From contig JANXDB010000066.1 of the NCBI GenBank assembly GCA_025060015.1, positions 8,635 through 72,634 of the forward strand: a stretch of DNA of 64,000 nt. Reading direction: 5' to 3'. Positions 9,804 to 19,242 of the stretch are shown here, in pieces (position 1 is the stretch's first letter; each line of letters starts with the position of its first letter). The notes under the pieces were generated by a model that was given only the letters and a program-made list of their open reading frames with translations, had not been told where the DNA came from and searched no databases. The DNA is from Caldimicrobium sp. GTDB lineage: Bacteria > Desulfobacterota > Thermodesulfobacteria > Thermodesulfobacteriales > Thermodesulfobacteriaceae. Both the position numbers and the translations under genes were made by a program.

Positions 9804-11774
9804 CTATCTTATAAAAATATAGATAAGATATATAACTACTCCCAAAAGAATGAACCAATTATAGTAATTGACAATTCCGCTATGCAATTTTCTAAACAGG
9901 CTTGCACTGAAGGCCGTTGTCTTTGCTGAGCCATTTACAGTGTGATCTATTACAAAGCTGTCGAGTACGAGGTTCACCACAGTTCTTGCTAACCAAAGGG
10001 TGGGCACTACAAAAACCCTATGATAAAGCTCATCAAAATACCATTTTCTATAGAGGAAATTGTAGATGACTTTAAACTTATAGGAAAAAAATACCTCTAA
10101 GGCTGGCTTCTTTACATATACCAAATAGGCAATCCCTATTCCCATAAGGCCAGCTACGATAGAAAGCACCATCAAAAGATACTCTACGGCATGATCCACA
10201 GGTAGCAGTTTAGGATGGCCCAACACTTGTTCTAGAAATCTCTGAAAATGAGCTCCACCACCAAGGGCCTCTGGAATACCAAGCCAACCAGAGAAAATGG
10301 CACCAAAGGATATTATAATCAGTGGAATGGTCATCACCTTTGGAGATTCATGGGGGTAATGTCCATGTAAGGCCTCTACTCCTTTGAATTCACCGAAAAA
10401 GGCTTTAAAGAAGATCCTGAAGGTGTAAAAGGCAGTCATACCAGCAACTAAAAGACCCACAAACCAGACCAACTTTCCCCAAGGATATTGAGAAAAATAG
10501 GCATAGACCAAGATCTCATCTTTACTAAAAAAACCAGCAAAGCCTGGAATTCCAGCGATGGAGAGACTGGCTATCAAAAAAGTCCAGAAGGTTATAGGCA
10601 TGAACCTTTTTAATCCACCCATGATCCTTATATCATTGGGATCAGAGGCATGATGAAGAGCATGGATAATACTTCCTGCACCCAAAAATAGAAGGGCTTT
10701 AAAGTAGGCATGGGTGAAGAGATGAAACATCCCCACAGCGAAAGCCCCGACTCCACAGGCCATGAACATATAGCCAAGCTGCGAGAGGGTTGAATAGGCA
10801 ACAACTCTCTTGATGTCAAACTGGGTGGGAGCAATGGTTGCAGCCATGAAACAGGTGATCAGACCTACTAGGGCAACCATAGCCATGGCATGGGGGCTAA
10901 GCTCAAAGAGAGGGTGGAGCCTTGAGACCATAAAAACACCTGCTGTTACCATAGTAGCAGCATGTATCAGTGCAGAGACAGGTGTGGGGCCTTCCATGGC
11001 ATCGGGAAGCCAGGTGTGTAAAGGCACCTGGGCACTTTTCCCCATGGCACCGCAAAATAGTAAGAAGGAAATCAAGAAGGGAAGATGCACCTCATAACTT
11101 CCTATATTTATGTAAGTCTGAGCAATCTGTGGAAGCCTTGGAAAGATCTCATGGTAATAAAGAGTGCCAAGATAGTAAAAAACTGCAAATATCCCCAAAG
11201 CAAAGCCAAAATCACCAATTCTGTTGATGATAAAGGCCTTTTTAGCAGCATCGCTTGCACTTTTCTTTTCATACCAAAACCCAATCAGTAGATAGGAACA
11301 GAGGCCAACACCCTCCCATCCTAAGTACAACTGAATAAGATTGTTTGAAAGTACAAGAATAAGCATGAAAAAGGTAAATAGGGAGATGTATGAGAAAAAG
11401 CGATAGTATCCCGGATCCCCCTTCATATAGCCGATGGAGTAAACATGTATGAGAAAGGAAAGAGAGGTAACCATGCAGAGCATCATAACTGATAGGGGAT
11501 CAACTAGGAAACCAAGCCCTACCTTTAGACTTCCTACCACCATCCATTGGTAAAGATCAAACTCGTAGATCTTCCCGGAAAGAACATCCACGAGTAATTT
11601 CAAAGATATTAAAAAGCTTAAGAGAAGTGCAGACACTGGTAAGATATAGGGTTTTTCACGAAGATATCTCTTACCAAAGATGAGTGTTATAACACTTGCT
11701 AAAAGAGGTAGAAAAGGCACTAAGAATACACTTAAGTTAAAGCTCCTAACCACTTCAAAGGATACACCTTCCAT
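9804..11774 (-). CDS. nuoL: Complex I subunit L
   Basis: GKSAQVPLHTWLPDAMEGPTPVSALIHAATMV. Confidence 0.95.
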   Translation of the reverse strand: MEGVSFEVVRSFNLSVFLVPFLPLLASVITLIFGKRYLREKPYILPVSALLLSFLISLKLLVDVLSGKIYEFDLYQWMVVGSLKVGLGFLVDPLSVMMLCMVTSLSFLIHVYSIGYMKGDPGYYRFFSYISLFTFFMLILVLSNNLIQLYLGWEGVGLCSYLLIGFWYEKKSASDAAKKAFIINRIGDFGFALGIFAVFYYLGTLYYHEIFPRLPQIAQTYINIGSYEVHLPFLISFLLFCGAMGKSAQVPLHTWLPDAMEGPTPVSALIHAATMVTAGVFMVSRLHPLFELSPHAMAMVALVGLITCFMAATIAPTQFDIKRVVAYSTLSQLGYMFMACGVGAFAVGMFHLFTHAYFKALLFLGAGSIIHALHHASDPNDIRIMGGLKRFMPITFWTFLIASLSIAGIPGFAGFFSKDEILVYAYFSQYPWGKLVWFVGLLVAGMTAFYTFRIFFKAFFGEFKGVEALHGHYPHESPKVMTIPLIIISFGAIFSGWLGIPEALGGGAHFQRFLEQVLGHPKLLPVDHAVEYLLMVLSIVAGLMGIGIAYLVYVKKPALEVFFSYKFKVIYNFLYRKWYFDELYHRVFVVPTLWLARTVVNLVLDSFVIDHTVNGSAKTTAFSASLFRKLHSGIVNYYNWFILLGVVIYLIYIFIR

Positions 11775-11778
11775 CTTC

Positions 11779-12081
11779 TTAACCTCGGAAATAATTTATC
11801 TCATCGGCATAGACCTTTCTGAGTTTCCTATAAAGTAAAACCACCAAGGTTAGTCCCACTCCCGCTTCAGCTGCAGCCAAGGCTATAAGAAAAAAGACAA
11901 TAATATAGCCCTGCACATCCTTTGTGTAGTGAGAAATACTGGCAAAAAGGATCATCAGGGCATTCATCATTATCTCAAAGGAGACAAGTAAAATGATGAG
12001 ATTTCTCCTAAATAAAACTCCTATAAGGCCGATACAAAAGAGTAGTAGAGTTAAAAGAACATAATATTCAAAGGGAATCAC
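11779..12081 (-). CDS. nuoK: Complex I subunit K
   Basis: RRNLI...EIMMN...AAAEAGVGL. GTG at 12081 preferred over the TTG at 12087 because of GGAGG spacing. Confidence 0.92.
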   Translation of the reverse strand: MIPFEYYVLLTLLLFCIGLIGVLFRRNLIILLVSFEIMMNALMILFASISHYTKDVQGYIIVFFLIALAAAEAGVGLTLVVLLYRKLRKVYADEINYFRG

Positions 12082-12598
12082 CTTCAACCTCCTTTAGCTT
12101 TCTAAGCAAAAAAACAGCCCCCAAAACCACAACCAAGAGCAATACCCCAATGAGCTCAAATTGAAAGAGATAATGAGTAAAGAGGTAGCGTGCAATCCAC
12201 CACAGATTGGTGCCCTGAGAAAGGTCATAGTGGAGATTAGCCTTAAAATGAGGTGAAAGGGCTGTGAGAAAGGCTAAAGACTTAAAGAAGAAAAAGGCAA
12301 AGAATAACAATATCAACAAGCCAAGAGAGCTCCTCTTTACAAATACCCTCCATCTCTCTTCCATCCTGAGATTGATCATGTAAACCACAAAGAGAAAAAG
12401 GACTAAAACAGCCCCGGCGTAGACTATAATTTGAACAGCTGCTAAGAACTCTGACCCCAGGGTATAAAGCAAAAAGGCCTGGTGTATGATTAGAACTAAA
12501 ACCCAGAGCACCGCATGCACAGGATTTTTTGATAAAACCGCAAGAAGTCCTGGTATGCACATACCCAAAGCTAAATACAGAAAAACAAGCAAATCCAT
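12068..12598 (-). CDS. nuoJ: Complex I subunit J
   Basis: KNPVHAVLW, QIIVYAGAVLVLFLFVVYM, FELIGVLLL. Confidence 0.92.
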   Translation of the reverse strand: MDLLVFLYLALGMCIPGLLAVLSKNPVHAVLWVLVLIIHQAFLLYTLGSEFLAAVQIIVYAGAVLVLFLFVVYMINLRMEERWRVFVKRSSLGLLILLFFAFFFFKSLAFLTALSPHFKANLHYDLSQGTNLWWIARYLFTHYLFQFELIGVLLLVVVLGAVFLLRKLKEVEGDSL

Positions 12599-12602
12599 AG
12601 AG

Positions 12603-13148
12603 CTATACTCCTGTGAAGGTTCTCTTTCTAATAGGTAGGATCTTTTCTGGAATACCCCTTGGTTTCCAAAAGGGATTCAGGTATGGTCTTTTCTGAGTGG
12701 CGATAAACTCATCCCAGTTTTGAAGAAGTCTCTCTTTGTCAAAGTAAACCTCATCCCTACTGAAGCCTAAGTACTCAAAGAACTCAGTTAATACTACAGC
12801 ATTAACCGGACAAACCTCTTCACAATAACCACAGTAAACACATCTCAGTGCCTCTATGTCGTATCTTGTTATCTTCCTTTTCTTTGCCTCTTTATCCGCT
12901 TCGTATTCGATGTATATACACCTTGAGGGACAAACTTTGACACACCTTAGGCAGGCTATACAAAAGGTGTCTCCGCTTTGAGGATCCCTAACCAAGGCAT
13001 GTCGTCCTCTGAACCCAGGCTCTGGCTTAACCTTATCCTTTTCCGGATACTGAATGGTTACAGGTCTGTCAAAAAGAAGCTTCCTTAAAGTAAGGGCCAA
13101 GCCCTTAAGTATCTCGATAAGAAGAACCTTTTTAAGAAGAGACATCAT
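12603..13148 (-). CDS. nuoI: Complex I subunit I (2x[4Fe-4S])
   Basis: TIQYP, CIACLRCVKVCP, CVYCGYCEEVCP. Confidence 0.95.
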   Translation of the reverse strand: MMSLLKKVLLIEILKGLALTLRKLLFDRPVTIQYPEKDKVKPEPGFRGRHALVRDPQSGDTFCIACLRCVKVCPSRCIYIEYEADKEAKKRKITRYDIEALRCVYCGYCEEVCPVNAVVLTEFFEYLGFSRDEVYFDKERLLQNWDEFIATQKRPYLNPFWKPRGIPEKILPIRKRTFTGV

Positions 13149-13155
13149 AATCCCC

Positions 13156-14151
13156 CTAAAGCCATAACTTAAAAAGGGCTGTGAGAAATAGATTAGCCAA
13201 ACTTAGAGGTATTAAAATTTTCCACCCTAGACCCATCAACTGATCATAACGATAGCGCGGCAAGGTTGCTCTAACCCAAATATAGAAAAACAATAACAGA
13301 TACAGCTTTAACAAAAACCAGAAAAAGGGAAGGCCAGGGATTTCAAAGGGACCAAGGTAACCACCTAAAAAGCAGGTTGCCGCTAAGCCAGACATTATAA
13401 CCATACCAAAATATTCCGCCAAATAGAAAAGGGCAAATCTGATTCCGCTGTACTCCACAAAATAACCTGCCACAAGCTCAGTCTCCGCTTCAGGAAGATC
13501 AAAGGGAACCCTGTTGGTCTCTGCTATAGCCGAAACCATAAAAATAAAGAAGGCTATAATTTGGGGAAATACAAAGGCTTTAAAGGGACTTTCTGCCTGT
13601 GCCCTGACAATTTCTTGAAGATTAAAGGACCCTGCCATAAGGACCACAGAGAGTAAAGCCAAGGACATGGCAATTTCGTAACTGATAACCTGGGCACTGG
13701 CTCTTAGGGCCCCAAGAAAGGCATATCTTGAATTGGATGCCCATCCAGAGAGAATAACCCCGTATGCACTAAGAGAACTCAAGGCTAAAATAAAAAGTAA
13801 ACCAACGTTGAGATTACTTAGGACGAATTTATCCCAGAGGGGAATAAAGGCAAGTCCTGAAGCACCGCAAACCAGGGCAATAAGGGGAGCTATTAAAAAC
13901 ACAGGCCTATCGACTGCCGATGGGATAATATCCTCCTTGTGAAGCAGTTTCAACACATCAGCAATAGGCTGAAGTAATCCCCTAGGACCTACTCTATTTG
14001 GTCCAAGCCTCTGTTGCATCCTAGCTATGATTTTTCTTTCCACATAGGTAAGGTAGGCAACATGGAGAAGGGCTAAGAGGAGAAGCACCAGGTATATAAT
14101 AAGCATAATGACGAAGGCTGGCAATAAAGATAAATCCATCTCCCCCTCCAA
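13156..14151 (-). CDS. nuoH: Complex I subunit H
   Basis: RLGPNRVG, AETNRVPFDLPEAETELVAG, PRYRYDQLM. Confidence 0.96.
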   Translation of the reverse strand: MEGEMDLSLLPAFVIMLIIYLVLLLLALLHVAYLTYVERKIIARMQQRLGPNRVGPRGLLQPIADVLKLLHKEDIIPSAVDRPVFLIAPLIALVCGASGLAFIPLWDKFVLSNLNVGLLFILALSSLSAYGVILSGWASNSRYAFLGALRASAQVISYEIAMSLALLSVVLMAGSFNLQEIVRAQAESPFKAFVFPQIIAFFIFMVSAIAETNRVPFDLPEAETELVAGYFVEYSGIRFALFYLAEYFGMVIMSGLAATCFLGGYLGPFEIPGLPFFWFLLKLYLLLFFYIWVRATLPRYRYDQLMGLGWKILIPLSLANLFLTALFKLWL

Positions 14152-14169
14152 GAGGTTAAAAACTAAAAC

Positions 14170-15402
14170 CTATCTATCGCAATCCCCTAAGACCACATCC
14201 AAGGTCCCAATGATGGCAATGAGGTCTGCTATCATATGCCCCTTTGTTAATTCAGGTATAGCGGAGATATGCACAAAAGAGGGCATTCTGAGCCTAAGGC
14301 GCCAGGGTCTGTTTGAGCCATCGCTCACCACATAAACTGCAAGTTCTCCTTTGGGAGATTCAATACTTGCAAAGGCCTCACCCACAGGAACGACGGAAAC
14401 TTCCCTTCCTGTAAAGATAAAACCTCTCTTGGGATGAGGTTTGGGCTCAGGCTCCCTTACCCTTTCAGGAATAAGCAAATCCGGAGAGTCTTCCGCTAAG
14501 ACCGGTTCCCCCTCTGTCTCCTTCAGCTTATCTAAACATTGCCTGATGATTTTATTCGATTGTCTCATCTCTATCATTCTCACTCTGTATCTGTCGTAGG
14601 TGTCTCCTTTTTCCCCCACGGGCACTTCAAATTCCACCTCATCATAGGCATCGTAGGGTCTGAATTTCCTCACATCATATGGAATCCCTGAACCCCTTAA
14701 AACAGGGCCTGTTAACCCCAAGTTAATAGCCTCCTCTGGTGTAACAACTGCTATATCTTTAGTGCGTTTAAGCCAGATCCTATTTACATCTATTAGCGTC
14801 TCGTATTCAGTGATGAGATGGGGAAACTCTTCAGTAAATTTATAGAGATCTTCTACTATATCCACGGTAAAATCCAATCTTACTCCACCTATCCGGACAT
14901 AGCTATGAGTTAGCCTTGCACCACAGATCTTTTCAAAGATATTTAAAAGCCTTTCACGATCTCTAAAACAGTAGAGAAAGACCGTCATAGCCCCAATGTC
15001 AAGGGCATGGGTGGCAAGCCAGAGTAAATGACTGGAAATTCTAGCCATCTCTCCAACTATGGTTCTAAGTAGCCTTGCCCTCCTTGGAACCTTTAGATTA
15101 AATAGTTTTTCGAAGGCAAGAGCAAAGACTATGTTGTTGGCAACCGAGGCTATGTAATCCAAACGATCGCTCAGCACAATAGTTTGATTGTAATTCAAGT
15201 TCTCAGCAAGCTTTTCTACACCTCTATGAAGATATCCTACCACGGGATCACATCTCAAAATGGTCTCTCCGTCAAGCTCCAAGACCAAGCGCAGGACACC
15301 GTGAGTTGAAGGATGCTGAGGCCCCAGATTCAGATAAAAGGGCTCGACGATGGCTTCAGAAGAATTCTTTTTGGCTGTTATCTCAATAAGTGGAGAGCTC
15401 AT
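14170..15402 (-). CDS. nuoD: Complex I subunit D
   Basis: NLGPQHPSTHGVLRL, GYLHRGVEK, RLDY, ends GDCDR. Confidence 0.96.
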   Translation of the reverse strand: MSSPLIEITAKKNSSEAIVEPFYLNLGPQHPSTHGVLRLVLELDGETILRCDPVVGYLHRGVEKLAENLNYNQTIVLSDRLDYIASVANNIVFALAFEKLFNLKVPRRARLLRTIVGEMARISSHLLWLATHALDIGAMTVFLYCFRDRERLLNIFEKICGARLTHSYVRIGGVRLDFTVDIVEDLYKFTEEFPHLITEYETLIDVNRIWLKRTKDIAVVTPEEAINLGLTGPVLRGSGIPYDVRKFRPYDAYDEVEFEVPVGEKGDTYDRYRVRMIEMRQSNKIIRQCLDKLKETEGEPVLAEDSPDLLIPERVREPEPKPHPKRGFIFTGREVSVVPVGEAFASIESPKGELAVYVVSDGSNRPWRLRLRMPSFVHISAIPELTKGHMIADLIAIIGTLDVVLGDCDR

Positions 15403-15911
15403 TGGGCCCCCTTAGCTTTGGTCTTGAATTTTCTGTAAGCCTTCCACTCTTTCTCTTCAGGAAGTTCTACAGGATAGTCCTTTCTCAAAGGATGGCCCTC
15501 CCAGTCTTCTGGCATGAGAAGCCTCCGCAGGTCAGGATGACCTTTAAAACGTATTCCGAACATATCAAAACATTCCCTCTCAAACCAGTTAGCTGCCTTC
15601 CAAAAGGAGGTGAGAGAATACTGCCAGCAATCACTCTCTGCGATGGGAACCTTAACCCTCAACAATTCTCTCTTTGGAATGCTATACAGATGATAGACTA
15701 CTTCAAAGCGTTCTATCTTTTTTTCAGGTTTGTAATTCAAATAGTCAACAGCGCAGAGATCAAGAAGGTGATTAAACCCTTCTTTTCTTAAAAAGTCTAT
15801 GAACTCAAGAAAGCCATCTCTTTTGATGATAACCGTTGGGAGATCCTCCTCTCTAACCTCTAAAATGAATTTTCCAAACTCATCTCTGATCACGGATAGG
15901 AGATCTTTCAT
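15399..15911 (-). CDS. nuoC: Complex I subunit C
   Basis: AANWFERECFDMFGI, GHPLRKDYP. Start set at ATG 15911, just after the nuoB stop, rather than the track's TTG at 16010. Confidence 0.93.
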   Translation of the reverse strand: MKDLLSVIRDEFGKFILEVREEDLPTVIIKRDGFLEFIDFLRKEGFNHLLDLCAVDYLNYKPEKKIERFEVVYHLYSIPKRELLRVKVPIAESDCWQYSLTSFWKAANWFERECFDMFGIRFKGHPDLRRLLMPEDWEGHPLRKDYPVELPEEKEWKAYRKFKTKAKGAQ

Positions 15912-15913
15912 GG

Positions 15914-16432
15914 CTATCTTCTCCAAAAACCCCACTTCCCTTTTTCTCCCTTGATCTTTTCTTGCAACTTTACCATGGCGTATAATAGGGCTTCCGGTCT
16001 TGGAGGACAACCAGGTAGGTAGATATCAACAGGTAGGAACTCATCCACTCCCTGAACCGTTGAATAAGTCCTAAAGATACCTCCGGAACAGGCGCAGCTT
16101 CCCATGGCAATCACATACTTGGGTTCAGGCATTTGATCATAGACCCTCTTTATAATAGGAGCCATTTTTTTTGTTACTGTTCCTGCCACAATAAGACAAT
16201 CCGCCTGTCTTGGGGAAGCCCTGAATATGATTCCGAACCGATCAAGGTCAAAGTGGCTAGCACCCGTTGCCATCATCTCTATAGCACAACAGGCAAGTCC
16301 AAAGGTCATAGGCCAAATGGAAGAAGCTCTTGCCCAATTCAAAATCTTATCTACAGGTGTGATAAAGGCAGGAGTGCCCGGAATTTGTCTGATCGAAGGA
16401 GCTAACTCAACGGTTGAAGTCTCTATTCCCAC
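15914..16432 (-). CDS. nuoB: Complex I subunit B
   Basis: [31 protein letters not shown]. Confidence 0.96.
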   Translation of the reverse strand: MGIETSTVELAPSIRQIPGTPAFITPVDKILNWARASSIWPMTFGLACCAIEMMATGASHFDLDRFGIIFRASPRQADCLIVAGTVTKKMAPIIKRVYDQMPEPKYVIAMGSCACSGGIFRTYSTVQGVDEFLPVDIYLPGCPPRPEALLYAMVKLQEKIKGEKGKWGFWRR

Positions 16433-16776
16433 TTCAGACCTCCCTCAAGAAGGGCATACACAAAGGCAACAAGTAGCAACACCACAAAGATAAAAATTTC
16501 AACGAAACCAAACCATGATAGTTCCTCAAAGACCACTGCCCAGGGGTAGAGGAAAACTATCTCTACATCAAAGATAAGAAAGATAAGGGCTATTAGATAA
16601 AATTTTACCCTGAAAGGAATCTTGGTGTCCCCTGAGGGATCGATACCACATTCATAGGGTATTAGCTTTTCCGTAGATGGCTTCCTAAGGGCAAGGATTC
16701 TGTTACCAACTAACATAGAAATACCCATGCCTAAAACAAGAGCCGCAAAGATCAAAAAGGGTAAAAGAGTTCCCAT
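16423..16776 (-). CDS. nuoA: Complex I subunit A
   Basis: [24 protein letters not shown]. Confidence 0.95.
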   Translation of the reverse strand: MGTLLPFLIFAALVLGMGISMLVGNRILALRKPSTEKLIPYECGIDPSGDTKIPFRVKFYLIALIFLIFDVEIVFLYPWAVVFEELSWFGFVEIFIFVVLLLVAFVYALLEGGLKWE

Positions 16777-16779
16777 GAA

Positions 16780-17193
16780 TTACTCCTTTTTTCCTAGTTC
16801 CTTAATTTCCAGAGCAGAATTTGGACAACTAGCCACACAGAGAGGTCTTTCGCCACTTAGCACTCTATCCACACAGAGATCACATTTGCCTATTATTCCC
16901 ACATCACTGTTAAATCTTGGCACACCCCAGGGACAACCTTCAATACAGTTTTTGCATCCCACACAGAAGCTTCGATGAAAAAGCACTACCTCACCCTGCC
17001 TCTCAAGTGCAAAGGTAGGGCAAACCTGGGCACACTGGGGTTTTTTACATTGCATACAGGAAAAATATGCAAAACTCTTCCCCACTGCAAAGATTCTACA
17101 ATTGGCAAGGCCTTCGTGCCCTTCAGCACAGGCTTTGACACAATCCCCACACCCAGTGCACTTTTCAACTACATGAGAAAGGACATAATTCAT
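16780..17193 (-). CDS. 4x[4Fe-4S] electron-transfer protein (DmsB/NrfC/HydN/CooF-like), first gene of the nuo operon
   Basis: CTGCGDCVKAC, CMQCKKPQCAQVCP, CVGCKNCIEGCP, CDLC...CVASCP; ends 3 bp before nuoA; ATG at 17193 preferred. Confidence 0.88.
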   Translation of the reverse strand: MNYVLSHVVEKCTGCGDCVKACAEGHEGLANCRIFAVGKSFAYFSCMQCKKPQCAQVCPTFALERQGEVVLFHRSFCVGCKNCIEGCPWGVPRFNSDVGIIGKCDLCVDRVLSGERPLCVASCPNSALEIKELGKKE

Positions 17194-17201
17194 AACACTC
17201 T

Positions 17202-17230
17202 CTTTTAAGTTAAGACCGCTCAATTGTCAA
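17202..17230 (-). promoter_or_regulatory. Possible sigma70 promoter of the ferredoxin-nuo operon
   Basis: TTGACA-17 nt-TAAAAG. The -10 is weak, and this promoter would give an almost leaderless transcript. Confidence 0.3.
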
Positions 17231-17339
17231 CTATGGTATCTATAAATTAAATCAGGTAAAGAGGAATTTTTACTAAAAATGTGGATTTTTTTCTCTTATT
17301 TTACTGAAATACAAATCTTTTTTTAATCTTAACAAGTTA

Positions 17340-18023
17340 TTAATCTTTTATGAAAATCTCAAAGGTCTCTTCCTCTCCCTGATAGACTCCGCAAAGACCT
17401 TCAAAGACCATAAAAAGAACCGCCAAGAAAAAGAATACCACATCTTGAAGGTCCTTTAATTCAAAATGAGTTAATATCTCCTCCCATTTAATCACTCTCT
17501 TTTTTTCCAAAAAATCCTGCAGTTTAGAGATGTATTCTTCAATAGAGGGTTGAGTTAATTCAAGGGTTATTGATCTGTCGGCAACTTGCCTGTCCAGTAG
17601 GTCTATAAATGTCGAAATCAACAGACTCAGATCCCCTGATCCAGGCTGAAACTGAGAGCCAATCGCACCTTCAAGCTGAGGAACAAAGACCTGCTCATTG
17701 AGAATACGCCCTAAAGGAATGTTCTCAAAGTAAGTAAAGAGCCGTTCCCTTGTCTTTGCCTCATCCTCTTGCTCCTCTTCTCTATCAAAGGGGGTATCTA
17801 AGATACAGGCACTTTTTACATAAATGGCATAGGAGAGCTTCTTCAGTAGTTCTAAGTATAAATCGTTGAGAAATAACTTCGGCTCCAGATGAAGGCTATA
17901 TTTTAGTTTTTCTGCAACTTGTGCCAGACTGAAATCTAAGAGATTATCTCTCTTGTAAGCAAGTATTTTCCTTAGCTGATCGTATACTTCCGGTAAAGGG
18001 AAGGATCTCTCTACTATTTCCAT
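17340..18023 (-). CDS. scpA: Segregation/condensation protein A (kleisin)-like, divergent
   Basis: C-terminal VVFFFLAVLFMV...Q-EEETFEI resembles the ScpA winged helix; the N-terminal GPLDLL motif is not recognisable. Confidence 0.65.
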   Translation of the reverse strand: MEIVERSFPLPEVYDQLRKILAYKRDNLLDFSLAQVAEKLKYSLHLEPKLFLNDLYLELLKKLSYAIYVKSACILDTPFDREEEQEDEAKTRERLFTYFENIPLGRILNEQVFVPQLEGAIGSQFQPGSGDLSLLISTFIDLLDRQVADRSITLELTQPSIEEYISKLQDFLEKKRVIKWEEILTHFELKDLQDVVFFFLAVLFMVFEGLCGVYQGEEETFEIFIKD

Positions 18024-19222
18024 TTGGTCAATTGATGTACCTTTTTAAAACAGAGATTCATCACCACCTTTACACCGTAAGCCTCTGCTAAGGTCTTGGC
18101 ATCGTTATTTACGATTCCCTCTTGCATCCAGATGACCTTAGGTTTTAACTTTAAGGCCTTTTCAACCACTGGTAAAACCTCGCTACTCCTCCTGAAGATT
18201 ATCACCACCTCTGGCTTAAATTCTAGGGGAACGCTTTCCAAGTTTGGTAAGGTCTTTACTCCTAAAATTTCTTCATAGGCAGGATTTATTGGGATAACTT
18301 CATAGCCAGCCTTTAGGAGATAATCCATTACTATGTTACTTGGTCGATTAGGCTTTGGACTTGCTCCGACGATGAGTAATCGTTTGTAATTTTTGGGAAT
18401 TTCAAGGATGGAGGGATCTAAATTTGAATAATCAGGAAGGGCACATTCCGTTAGAGTTTCCTTCTCAATTTTGACTTCAACAATCTTAAAAAACTTTTCC
18501 GGGTCAAGGGATGCACCACCCACTAATACTCCCTCAACATTTGGCTTACTCATCAAGGAAGCCACATTATCCGGGGTTACGCTTCCACCATAGAGGATCC
18601 TTATAGCCTCTCCATCTTTGCCATATAGAGTGGAAAGAGTCTTCCTTATAAAGGAATGCACTTCTTCTGCCTGTTCAGGGGTAGCATTTACTCCAGTGCC
18701 AATGGCCCAGACAGGTTCATAGGCAATGACTACTTTCTCTGAGGAAATCTCTGTGAGTCTCTCCAAACCCCTTTTTACCTGTCTTTCTACCACCGACAGA
18801 GTATGACCTGCCTCTCTCTCTGACAAGGTTTCTCCAACACAGAGTATGGGAATAAGCCCTTCCTTGTAAACTCCCTCAAGCCTCTTCCCAATTAATTCAT
18901 CGTCTTCCTTAAATAGATGCCTCCTTTCAGAATGACCTAATATGACGTACTCCACTCCCAGTTCCTTTAGCATTACAGGAGATATCTCTCCAGTAAAGGC
19001 ACCGTTCGTTGCAAAATGGGCATTCTGACTGGCTAGTTTTACTGGGGTATCCTTGATCAGTGATGAGGTAAGTGCTAAGGAGGTATAGGGTGGCGCGATA
19101 ACTATCTCTCTATCAACAAAGTCCCTTCCAGCGAGCTTTCTAAGAAAGACCTTAAAATACTCTTCCGTCTCCCTAAGGGTGTGATTCATCTTCCAATTTC
19201 CGGCAAAGATATAAGGCTTCAT
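18014..19222 (-). CDS. tpiA: Triosephosphate isomerase fused to a C-terminal YccU-like CoA-binding domain
   Basis: AGNWKMN, GHSERR, AYEPVWAIGTG, LVGGASL; then IVGASPKPNRPS...PINP...IWMQEG...NLC; 402 aa in one frame. Confidence 0.92.
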   Translation of the reverse strand: MKPYIFAGNWKMNHTLRETEEYFKVFLRKLAGRDFVDREIVIAPPYTSLALTSSLIKDTPVKLASQNAHFATNGAFTGEISPVMLKELGVEYVILGHSERRHLFKEDDELIGKRLEGVYKEGLIPILCVGETLSEREAGHTLSVVERQVKRGLERLTEISSEKVVIAYEPVWAIGTGVNATPEQAEEVHSFIRKTLSTLYGKDGEAIRILYGGSVTPDNVASLMSKPNVEGVLVGGASLDPEKFFKIVEVKIEKETLTECALPDYSNLDPSILEIPKNYKRLLIVGASPKPNRPSNIVMDYLLKAGYEVIPINPAYEEILGVKTLPNLESVPLEFKPEVVIIFRRSSEVLPVVEKALKLKPKVIWMQEGIVNNDAKTLAEAYGVKVVMNLCFKKVHQLTKWK

Positions 19223-19242
19223 AAAAGTTCTCCTATGAGACT

